Shown: one piece after another, positions 40,322 to 50,449 of the stretch
How positions within the stretch are numbered: the stretch's first letter is position 1
Layout: each line of letters opens with the position of its first letter
Source of the DNA: Spironucleus salmonicida
Lineage: Eukaryota
Direction: 5' to 3'
Assembly (NCBI RefSeq): GCF_000497125.1
Contig: NC_090603.1
Span: 62,001-126,000 of the forward strand
Length of the DNA: 64,000 nt
The notes under the pieces: generated by a model
Database searches by the model: none
Told to the model about the DNA's origin: nothing
What the model saw: only the letters and a program-made list of their open reading frames with translations
Translations under genes and position numbers: made by a program

Positions 40322-40388
40322 TTTTAGTGCGAAAGGAAAAGGAGTGTAGGCAGCCCCCCTAGCTGCGGCCCGCGCTACCCTGACGCCG

Positions 40389-40699
40389 ATGCGGGCACTC
40401 AATCTGGAGGTGGAGTAGCAGAGCGACGACCAGAATGGATATAACCTGGACAGCTCGTGAGGGAGAGGAACCTGGAGGGGCTGGGGAACGTCGTATAGCC
40501 GGTGAACTGCGTCATGAGCAGCTTCCAGAAAATGCTGGCGATCGTGTGCGGGATCCTCGTGGGGCTCGTGTTCAACGTCCTGGCGCTCCCCTTCGTGCTG
40601 CACAGCAGCATGCCCGGGGAGCTGCGCGTCGGCGTCTTCTGTGGCGTCCTCAGCAGCCTGGTGTTCGCCCTGTTCGTGGGGCTGGCCGGCACTCCGTGA
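40389..40699 (+). CDS. Small 2-TM membrane protein; probable 1-nt frameshift near 40455, or start at 40514
   Basis: GC3-rich hydrophobic ORF MSSFQKMLAIVCGILVGLVFNVLALPFV...VGVFCGVLSSLVFALFVG. Upstream ATG 40389 is in another frame that stops at 40458. Confidence 0.5.
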
Positions 40700-40758
40700 G
40701 CTTCTTTCGTGTCACTCGGGGTCGTCTCCCGCGGCACCTCGTGATAAACAGGAAAACG

Positions 40759-41931
40759 TCACTCGGCGTAGCTCTTGAAGTAGTTCTGGATCAGCACGAA
40801 CGGGGTGCCCTTGTCGCCGCTGCCCGTGGTGAGGTCCGCCAGGCTCCCGAGCAGGTCCGTCAGCGCCCTTGGCGTGGTGCCCTGCGCGGCGATGCTACCC
40901 ACCAGGTCCGCGCTCTTGCGCCTGATGAGGGCGCGCATGGCCTGCTCCGCCTCCGGGCCGCTCAGCCCGTCCAGCTCGTTGTCGGCGGCGTACTTGAGCT
41001 TGATCTCGTTGGGGAGCCCGCTGAGACCCGCAGTGAAGCCGGGGCTCACCACGGGGTCCGCCAGCTCCCAGATGCCGCCGACGGGGTCCTTGAAGGCGCC
41101 GTCGCCGAAGACCATGACCTCGAGCGTCCTGCCGGTGCGGGCCAGGAGGTCAGCCTGGATCTGCTCGACCAGGGCCTGCGAGTCGCGGGGGAAGAGCTTC
41201 ACCTGGTCGTCCCGGGCGAGGTTGCTGCCGAGGAGCCCGAACTGGGGCTGGAAGCCGGAGCCGTCCACGCTGGCCGTGAGCAGGTCGTCCAGGCAGAGCA
41301 CGGTCCGCGCGCCTTGACTGAGCAGACGCTGCTTGGTGCGCCCGCGGGAGTGGATGTCCGCGGCGATGACGACGTCGGTGTAGGCGAGGATGTGCGCGGG
41401 GTCGTTGCTCAGCACGATCTCGCAGTTGGGGCCGGCGACGGACTTGTAGTATTCGATGTAGTCTACGCCGGTGAACTGGTGGATGGTGCTCGGGAAGTGG
41501 GCGCGGAAGGCGGCCTCTGTGAAGTGGTCCGAGTGGGGGTTAATGCCCTTGGCGAGCAGAGCCTCAATGGGGAACAGCAGGTTGCCTACCTCGTCGCCCG
41601 GGTAGGACAGCTGGATGACCACTTTGTCCACGCCCTGCGCGATGCCCTTGAGGAGCATCGAGAAGCGGTTCCGGGACAGGATGGGGAACACCAGCCCTAC
41701 CGTACCACCGCCTGTCTTGGTGCGGACGTCGGCAGCGATGGCCGCCGTGGAGGCGTAGTTGCCCTGGGCGCGGGCGACGACTGACTCGGTGATACAGACC
41801 ACGTCGCGGTCCTGGAGGGTCACAGAGTTTTCTTGGGCCGCCTTGAGAACGGTATCGACCACGATGGAGCGGATTTCGTCTCCCTGCTTGATGATCGGAG
41901 CGCGGATGCCACGAGACACAACACCTAGCAT
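40759..41931 (-). CDS. Coenzyme F420-0:L-glutamate ligase (CofE-like) family protein, bacterial type
   Basis: VSRGIRAPIIKQGD, DVVCITESVVARAQG, GDGAFKDPVGGIWELADP, GTTPRALTDLLGSLADLTTGSGDKGTP are characteristic of the ~390-400 aa bacterial family. Confidence 0.9.
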   Translation of the reverse strand: MLGVVSRGIRAPIIKQGDEIRSIVVDTVLKAAQENSVTLQDRDVVCITESVVARAQGNYASTAAIAADVRTKTGGGTVGLVFPILSRNRFSMLLKGIAQGVDKVVIQLSYPGDEVGNLLFPIEALLAKGINPHSDHFTEAAFRAHFPSTIHQFTGVDYIEYYKSVAGPNCEIVLSNDPAHILAYTDVVIAADIHSRGRTKQRLLSQGARTVLCLDDLLTASVDGSGFQPQFGLLGSNLARDDQVKLFPRDSQALVEQIQADLLARTGRTLEVMVFGDGAFKDPVGGIWELADPVVSPGFTAGLSGLPNEIKLKYAADNELDGLSGPEAEQAMRALIRRKSADLVGSIAAQGTTPRALTDLLGSLADLTTGSGDKGTPFVLIQNYFKSYAE

Positions 41932-42387
41932 TTTGGGGAGTGGGACTTTACTTAAATATAATTATTTTAGTATATATACATGATAAAATTTGTGGTTCTG
42001 AAAATTGGTTCCCAAGGTATATGCACTTATTATCCCTCAAGTATCATTATAAATATTGAAAACTCAGGCTAAAACTAAAATTTCATCTAGTACTCAGAAT
42101 AAAGTGAAAATTTGCATACTAGACACATATATTTATATTCTTCTTATTTTTTGTGGTTCACATTTTGTGGTTCGTTATTTATTTTTATCTATCTACAAGT
42201 AAAACTATTATAGTGTAAGTAGCTCATACTAAAAGTAACTTTTGTTTGCTTTAGTTTTAAAGGCAGCGAGGCATGTTATGATCACATCGCGGTCATAAAA
42301 AATGGCTTTCCACTTTTGAAACTGAAGACTGCCCTAAGTGGCTTTTGGTATTGACTACTTACTGCTGGAGGGTACCTACTGCTTGGC

Positions 42388-44895
42388 ACTGTTAAGCGCC
42401 GGAAGCCGAATATTCTTATCGGTGGCCTACTCATCTAAGGTAAATCCGTTGCATGCATTCAATTAGCATCCCTAGAGTCGCGCAAATCCCACCTACCCTT
42501 CGCACCCCTGGCATGCCTTTACTATTTATTTGGGCGCCAGCCTTCTGAGAGGTAGCGCTGGATCAAAAATATACGCGTGCTCCGCCATGGGCTTCATAAC
42601 CCCCTTGCTACTATGCGCCTGAGGTTCCCGGCGCACGCATACTGCCCCATCTTGCCACCCCTAATGCCACCAGCCCCAGCTACTAGTCCCATCGAAGCTT
42701 CTAGGCGCAGCGTGCCTCGGGCTTCAACTGCGTGTTTAGCCGCTTTGCTACTTTGGGTGGCTGTTTGCTGCACACAGTAAGGAGGAGTGCTGCCATATGG
42801 CCCAAACCATGGCGGCAGGATTCCGGTCCAGATGCCTGATGCACTCGCTCCGTATTCCGATATTACCAGACCTGGGTGCGCTGCCTACCACACTCAGGGA
42901 TAGCGCTAGAAGCTAGAGCCTATTTCGAAGTATCGCAGCGATTGCCGGCTCCCGCTCGTTAAACAAGCTTGCTGAATGTGAAATTATCAGCCCAGCTATT
43001 TTTGAATTTTGCATCCCTTGCCCGCCAGACCTGCCCCTGCACATTCACACCTACCACCCACCAACAATTTTTCATTCTCACTCTGCCGCCACTTCCCCAC
43101 CCAGCTCATCCTGCATCTTAAACCTCCTAACTCATCACACACCAATAAACTTTACCAGATACTATCACTTCGAGACTTTGCTCCAAAGGCTGTCGTCGTC
43201 TACTTAAAGCTAGATATTCTCCTTTTTTACCTCCAAATCGCCCTAGATCGAACACTGCACCTTCCGCTTCCTCGCGACCGCAAATGCTATAGCGCCACCA
43301 ATGAGCCCTACAAGCAGAACCAACCCTACAACGATTCCGGCGATTGACCCGCCGCTCATCCTCTATACCTGCTGCGCGCAGAGACCGTCGACCATTTCGG
43401 CCCCGTCTTGGCATACGTAGCAAAGGTCTTAATCCTAGCAACTTTTGCAGTTCTGGCCGCAGGGTGCACAGACCCCTCTGCTACTGAAATGGCCTTTTGC
43501 GCACTAATGGCATGTGCTGGAATCTGTGCAAGTAGCGCAGCCCTTTAGACAGCTTATGCAGGCATTTCCTGTAGATTTCATCTCGCAAAATGACCCGGAC
43601 TCGCACGGCTTCGACTCTGTGCAAATTTGCTTAACGCACGTTTACTCATGCAACCTGTAGCCATTTATGCAGGCGGTGCAGGACTTGATATCGGAGCAGG
43701 CGGAGCAGCCCTCAGCGCAGGTCTCGCACGTGCTTATCCAGGGGTAATACAAGCAGAATTTGCCACTTGGGCAGGACTTGGAGTTGGAGCACTCGCGAGG
43801 CCCCTGTTTTTGGCAAATATCTTGATCCAGCGTATATCCCAGGCCGCACCTCGTGCACTTTGTCGCACTTTCGCAGGACCTGCACCCGTCGGAGCAGCTG
43901 GTGCATACGCCATTTTTGAGGAAGTAGTTCTCGTAGCATTTGGTGCACTGCTTAGGTGAAATGCAGATATTGCAATATACTGCGCAGTACACGCACTTGC
44001 CGTCTTCTACCCCATAGATATTTTCACATCTTATGCAGTTTCCGGAAATGTCAGCGTCAACGCAGTTTTTGGGCAAGGTGACGCACTTGTTGCCCGCGGG
44101 ATCCCTGGCGCAGAATTTATTGTCAGTGCATTTGTTAACATCGTTACATTCGTTTAATATGCATTTCCCGCTCTGAGTGTCGTACCTCTCCTTGCAGAGG
44201 CGGCACATACTGTCGGATTTGCAGTCCATGCAGTTATCACCGCACGAAACGCACATGCCGTTCTTCAAGAAGTTTCCGTCTTGACAAGAGATGCAGGAGC
44301 CTTCGGCTGTGCATTTGCCGCAGTTTTCAGGGCACGACGTGCAATTGCCGTCCTTTAACGCAAATGAATATATGCATGACGTACAAACTCCCTTATTGCA
44401 GGTCTTACAACCGATGGAGCATGTTTTACAGACCATTCCGCCCAGTTCGAAGCCATCGAAGCAAGCAGAACAATTATTTGAGTTAGTACATTTAACGCAG
44501 CCGGTGCTGCATTTATGGCAGTTAGGGCCACCTTCAGTAAAAAATCCTGGGCGGCAAATATTGCAATCACCATACGTGTTGCAGTCAATACAGTTATCTG
44601 AGCACTTATAACAGTAACGTTGATCCAACTTATATCCTGAAAGGCAACTAGTGCATTCATAATCGTTATCACATCTTCTGCATCCGGCTTGGCAAAGCTT
44701 ACATGTCCAATCTTAAAGGAAATAGCCCTAATTGCAGGTAATGCATTGCGATAGCAAATTTGATAGGCAACTGGCACAGTTATAAGTCTTGCAACGAAGA
44801 CACATTTTATCTTGACCAGTTGATGCGTAAAATGGGCATACAGTACCGCTGGGGCATCTGTTGTCATTGCATATGTAGGATGACATTTTATAAAG
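42388..44895 (+). repeat. Direct segmental duplication, copy B (of 29559-32085)
   Basis: Direct sequence match to copy A. Confidence 0.95.
43165..44886 (-). CDS. Cysteine-rich membrane protein (VSP/CRMP-like), 573 aa, paralog 2
   Basis: MSSYICNDNRCP..., CXXC repeats, same TM and near-identical tail as paralog 1, AAG TGA. Confidence 0.92.
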
Positions 44896-46095
44896 AAGCG
44901 GAAAAACCACAATCTCAGTATTTACAGTAAACTTCAAATTAAAATTTGTTCATTTCTTAGTTTCTTGTACAGTTTAATATAAAGGAAGGAATAATATTTG
45001 AGGACGTATCGCTTTTTAAGCTTAGTAATATTAACGATAAATACGTAGAAGTTAGAAGAAACCAGGCATATATTTGTTAGATTCAGAAAATATAGTAGAA
45101 TTTCAATTTATAATTTTAAACATAAATACGTAATATACAAGTAAATATAAATTATTTTATTCGGGGTTTGTATAGAATTTTGAGATATTGTATAATACAT
45201 TCCAAGCATAATATATAGTCCACACTAAAAATCTTATTTACCATACAATGTATTACTATTTAATTCATTTAGCACCAATCATAAAATAAAATATAGTAAA
45301 CAAATAATGTATAAGGTAGCGAATTAACTTGAATATTTGAAATGCATAAAATATACGATAATTTACAAGAGTTTTTGTAACCATTCATCATGAAGTTGCA
45401 GCTCATTATTTTAGTAAATTGCGCATTTACCTAAAACTCCAGCTTATTTGAGAATCATTTCCTAAAGATCATCAAATACACGCAATTTTTTATTTACCTT
45501 CTCGTTATTAACGCGTATTTTTACTACACCAATTCAATTATGTCATATATTTGGTAAATTATCAATCGAATTTATTATATAGAATGTGAGCGCAATATAA
45601 TAAATCTCTGCCCTTATAAATAGAGGCGAAATTTACTGTATCGCCAGATACCAGTCCATTAGCCTTCCTATTTTTGAAACCATTGACTAGTCCGACCTTT
45701 ATTCGTTACTGCCGCTTTACCTAATAACTGGGCTTGGCGGGATATTGGGCGGGGTTTTTGTGGCCGGTATTCAGATATTGGTTGATATCAGGGGGTTCAA
45801 GCAGCCTAAGCAGTGAGGATGTGTAATTGTGATTTTCGTATTTCTGTGCACGTGCGCATAGCACTGAGCCGTTCGCATATTATTTACGAAAAATTATCCA
45901 TAGATTATATATAATATTTTTTAGAGTTAGAAAGTAGTTTGCTACATATTAGGTGCACGCAACTCTCTGCCTCTAAGTAGAGTGTTTTTTCTGCTAACCT
46001 ATTCTTTCAACGAGACCCCCAGCATCTACATTCGGAGCTCAGGCTAGCCCTACGCGGCCCTACTCGCTGGGCTCGGTATACGCCCCCCCCCAAGA

Positions 46096-46800
46096 ATGCC
46101 AGCCTGCCGCAACATATCCGCCCAGCCTGCCCTCGAAGTAGCCAGGGAGATCGCCGCCGTGATCCGCGCCAAGCCCGACGCCGTGCTCGGCCTCGCGACT
46201 GGCTCCACACCCATCCCGGTGTACCAGGAGCTCGCGCGCATGCACCGCGAGGAGGGCCTCGACTTCTCCAGCGTACGCTCCATCAATCTGGACGAGTACT
46301 ACGGCCTCTCAGGCGACCACCCCCAGTCCTACCGCCACTTCATGCACGAGCACCTGTTCCGCCACGTGAACATCCAGCGCTGCAACACGCACTTCCTCGA
46401 CGGCTCGGTACCACAGGACTGCATCGACCGCGAGTGCGACCGCTACGAGGCGCTCGTGTCCAGCTGCCCTCCGGACATATGGCTCCTCGGTATCGGCCTC
46501 AACGGTCACATCGCCTTCAACGAACCGGGATCCGCCTGCGAGTCCCGCACCAGGCTCGTGAGCCTCACTCCCTCCACCATCGAGGCCAACCGCCGCTTCT
46601 TCGGCGTCGATGAGCAGGTCCCCACTTCCTCCCTCACGGTGGGCATCTCCACCATCCTCAAGGCCCGCAAGCTCGTCCTCCTCGCAACCGGCGACGCCAA
46701 GAAATGCGCGGTCGACGCCGCCTTCGCCAGCGTGTCGTCCGACTGCCCGGCCTCCTTCCTTCAGGGCACCGACTGCGGGTTCTGGGTGGACTTCGAGTGA
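46096..46800 (+). CDS. nagB: Glucosamine-6-phosphate deaminase, copy 1
   Basis: VLGLATGSTP, NLDEYYGL, HPQSYRHFM, LLGIGLNGHIAFNEPGS, TVGISTILKARK. Confidence 0.96.
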   Translation: MPACRNISAQPALEVAREIAAVIRAKPDAVLGLATGSTPIPVYQELARMHREEGLDFSSVRSINLDEYYGLSGDHPQSYRHFMHEHLFRHVNIQRCNTHFLDGSVPQDCIDRECDRYEALVSSCPPDIWLLGIGLNGHIAFNEPGSACESRTRLVSLTPSTIEANRRFFGVDEQVPTSSLTVGISTILKARKLVLLATGDAKKCAVDAAFASVSSDCPASFLQGTDCGFWVDFE

Positions 46801-47353
46801 TTCTTTCGCTTGTTTACAAGGCCAATTTTCTCATAGTATCATATTACGGTTACTTGTACAATATATATTTATATATTCTCACGCTGTGCCATATTATTAG
46901 GGATAATAATATTATTTCTCAGAATAGTGGTACAGTACACATAGGGTACAAAGCGATAAATACTTCAACCAAGCTCTAAAATGCTTGGGAATGCCTGATA
47001 TTAGCTATACATGATTGGTATAATACTAAATGTCGCAGCATTCCAGTGCTAAATTCTAAAGACTATCGTATAACGTGTTTCAATAACGAGACTTCCCTAC
47101 ATCCATAAATTAGGACTGTATAGCGATGATGAAATATTGGTACTAACGCTGCAACTACACACCTCCCTGACCACCTTTGGGAGGATCTAAAGTAAGCAAT
47201 CATCCTGTCCACTCTCGCGCAGAGGCCCATCGCACTCTATAGTAGGAGATCTTTTAAAATATTGCATATGCCTATTTGGCTCGCTGGCCACGGCAATTAT
47301 TATCGAAGGCGGATCTGGATACAGGTAAATATACCGTGCGCTAAAAATGTACA

Positions 47354-47426
47354 GGGCTGGTAGCTCAGTTGGGAGAGCGCATCCCTAGCATGGATGAGGC
47401 CCGGGGTTCAATCCCCCGTTAGTCCA
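47354..47426 (+). tRNA. tRNA-Ala(AGC)
   Basis: GGGCTGG TAGCTCAGTTGGGAGAGC, arm CATCC-CTAGCAT-GGATG, GGTTCAATCC, G3:U70. Confidence 0.92.
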
Positions 47427-49142
47427 AATTTTCCAAATTGCAGAAGTACATACGGAGGGCAACTATTACTTTGGTTTGCCGTAGTAGTATATTTCTACGC
47501 GCTCAAGGAATAGCCGGCCTGAACCCACTCTATTCCTAGCTCCCGCTTGCGTAGGCCACCAATCTCGGCCCCTTCCTCTTAAATTTACCACCTACTAGGT
47601 CAAAGTGAGATGGCCCAGAAACTGGAGACGACAGCCATACCTGCTGGTAGGGTTTTGTCCGCTAAGGACATACTGACCATTGTTCGCCGGAAACTAAAGA
47701 ACTCCATATGACAGCTAGTATCTACATTAAGCGCTTTCTCGGCAAGACTCTAGAGACTGTTTAGCGCGGATGTTGCCTGAAGTGAATATGTCATTTTACC
47801 TGGGGACATATAGTATCAAATATGTTATATGCTAGTGGCTGCTTTATCTTCATTGCAGAGTTAGCTCGAGGTTGCAAGCACCTAGAACAGCGGCCAGTGG
47901 TACCACAGTGCGCAGTATAAGGACACCAGTATTGTGAGTTTATTATAAAATAAAATAAAATCATACAAGCTACTAGTCTTCAAATATTTATTTGAAAACT
48001 TGAATTTTCTGTTTTGATATGACTTTCTATGTTACTAAGCTCAGTTCCAATGTTATCTGGTAAAAGATTACTACAGTCAAGTGTAGAATTGATAACAATA
48101 ATATCTTAAGTTATTATTTATTTTTAACTTGGAATACAAATATTAGAGCCCATTTATTTTCACGAAATGGTTAAACAATACATTTATTATATAAAAATAG
48201 AGAACTAAATTATACTACTTTGTTTTCTTGAATATTATTATACTCATTCTTATTTATAGTGGTATTGAGTATTAAATTATAGAATGTACTGTTACTACTT
48301 AATAGGCAGAATTGTTAATAATATATAATTCACTAATAAAACATAACATAAGATTGAATTACTATCATTTTGTTTTGTGAGCAGCTGATTTAAATTAGCT
48401 AATTAAATTCATATTAATATTGACTAGGGCCTCTTAAGAAGAGCTTGAAGACTCGTCATAGGTTCTTTCTAATCTATTACTATTTAACTGAAGATTACTT
48501 TACTTGATAAATTTGAGTGATGACAAGTTTTATGACATTTTAAAGAAAAGATTAATAATATACTATTTAATACATAATGATTGACGTAAACTTACGCTAT
48601 GAAACGAAATCAATAAACTCTACAAACTGATTAAGAATACTCGTGTCCTTATACTGCGCACTGTGGTACCACTGGCCGCTGTTCTAGGTGCTTGCAACCT
48701 CGAGCTAACTCTGCAATGAAGATAAAGCAGCCACTAGCATATAACATATTTGATACTATATGTCCCCAGGTAAAATGACATATTCACTTCAGGCAACATC
48801 CGCGCTAAACAGTCTCTAGAGTCTTGCCGAGAAAGCGCTTAATGTAGATACTAGCTGTCATATGGAGTTCTTTAGTTTCCGGCGAACAATGGCCAGTATG
48901 TCCTTAGCGGACAAAACCCTACCAGCAGGTATGGCTGTCGTCTCCAGTTTCTGGGCCATCTCACTTTGACCTAGTAGGTGGTAAATTTAAGAGGAAGGGG
49001 CCGAGATTGGTGGCCTACGCAAGCGGGAGCTAGGAATAGAGTGGGTTCAGGCCGGCTATTCCTTGAGCGCGTAGAAATATACTACTACGGCAAACCAAAG
49101 TAATAGTTGCCCTCCGTATGTACTTCTGCAATTTGGAAAATT

Positions 49143-49215
49143 TGGACTAACGGGGGATTGAACCCCGGGCCTCATCCATGCTAGGGATGCGCTCTCCCAA
49201 CTGAGCTACCAGCCC
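49143..49215 (-). tRNA. tRNA-Ala(AGC)
   Basis: Inverted copy of 47354-47426. Confidence 0.92.
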
Positions 49216-49515
49216 TGTACATTTTTAGCGCACGGTATATTTACCTGTATCCAGATCCGCCTTCGATAATAATTGCCGTGGCCAGCGAGCCAAATAGGCA
49301 TATGCAATATTTTAAAAGATCTCCTACTATAGAGTGCGATGGGCCTCTGCGCGAGAGTGGACAGGATGATTGCTTACTTTAGATCCTCCCAAAGGTGGTC
49401 AGGGAGGTGTGTAGTTGCAGCGTTAGTACCAATATTTCATCATCGCTATACAGTCCTAATTTATGGATGTAGGGAAGTCTCGTTATTGCAACACGTTATA
49501 CTATAGTCTTTAGAA

Positions 49516-49658
49516 TTTAGTTTGGAGTGGTACTGTGGCCAGCGTGTAGCCGCGGGATCAATCCAAATGAGGGCATTTCGGGCGCAGAGACCTAGCTCAG
49601 CACGCGCGAAAATGTTAACCCGCAATGCAATCGCCCAAACTACAAGACGCCCCCAGCA
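49516..49658 (+). repeat. ~143-bp dispersed repeat, copy 2
   Basis: Matches 26341-26483 and begins at the outer end of palindrome 1. Confidence 0.9.
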
Positions 49659-49967
49659 GACGGTCCTTGTGATATCGACTCCAAAGAGTGCGGTTAGCCG
49701 ATTAGGCTATTCCTACATCATTTTTATATCTTGTTAACCTCATGCCATAAAATACATAATTTATCCGTAAAGTCCAACCAATTCATATCACGGTATAACT
49801 TGTCTTCCAGCATGCCTAGTTCGAAAAACTACTTCCAGATCATTTTCTATTTATTACTATTATTATACAATATATTAATTATAGTTTATTAACTTATTTT
49901 GATTTTTAAAATTAATTATATTATTATATATTAATTTACATATATTTTTTTCCTTCCATGCCTTCGA

Positions 49968-50339
49968 ATGACAAGCTCATTTCCACGTGACGTGTCGATA
50001 CGCCTGCCAGACAAACTATTCGAGCTCATAAACTAGCCCCTCATAAATGCACCAGCCAATGCGGTTTTCGAGGAGCTCAAAGGCGACGTTTTAGGGCTTT
50101 TAGAGACGGTAAATTCGCTAATAATTGACCAGATCTCGCCAAATGATGAATTTTCGTACTAGCTGATTCTTTTGACTTTAAAATTGATTTTTCACTCCAT
50201 CTCTGTCGACGTTCCATACAGCGAAATAGCAATTCAGCTGATCAGAATTTTCCGGAAAACGCAGCTTTTACTGGGCCCGGAACTCGCCACCAGCCTGGAG
50301 CAGCAGTTCTACGACCAAACGCGGATGAATTTCGACTGA
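49968..50339 (+). CDS. Hypothetical protein (123 aa)
   Basis: ATG after an AT-rich then C-rich leader; open with two TAG=Gln; TGA at 50337. Confidence 0.65.
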
Positions 50340-50449
50340 TTAGCATTTTCACTCTCTCAAATTTTTCCTTCCATCTACTTGAAAATCACAAGTTAAACTT
50401 ATTATTATACATTAAATTACATATAATTCACCACTCCACTAAACCCAAA

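Larger units (their letters stand above)
44011..47933 (+). repeat. Large inverted duplication, left copy (right copy 60079-64000, runs off window)
   Basis: Mirror coordinates sum to ~108011 (CRMP ATG 44886/63125; nagB ATG 46096/61915). Confidence 0.95.
47049..49520. repeat. Palindrome 1: 885-bp inverted arms (47049-47933 / 48636-49520) around a 702-bp loop
   Basis: Arms are reverse complements (coordinate sum 96569) with few mismatches. Confidence 0.96.

Noticed and set aside
40435-41784. 449-aa plus-strand ORF
   Set aside because: Antisense shadow of the GC3-rich ligase gene; low-complexity Arg/Gly/Ala translation.
47049-49520. Palindrome as an autonomous DNA transposon
   Set aside because: No transposase in the loop, no target-site duplication seen, and the arms contain host tRNA/nagB sequence with different outer ends.
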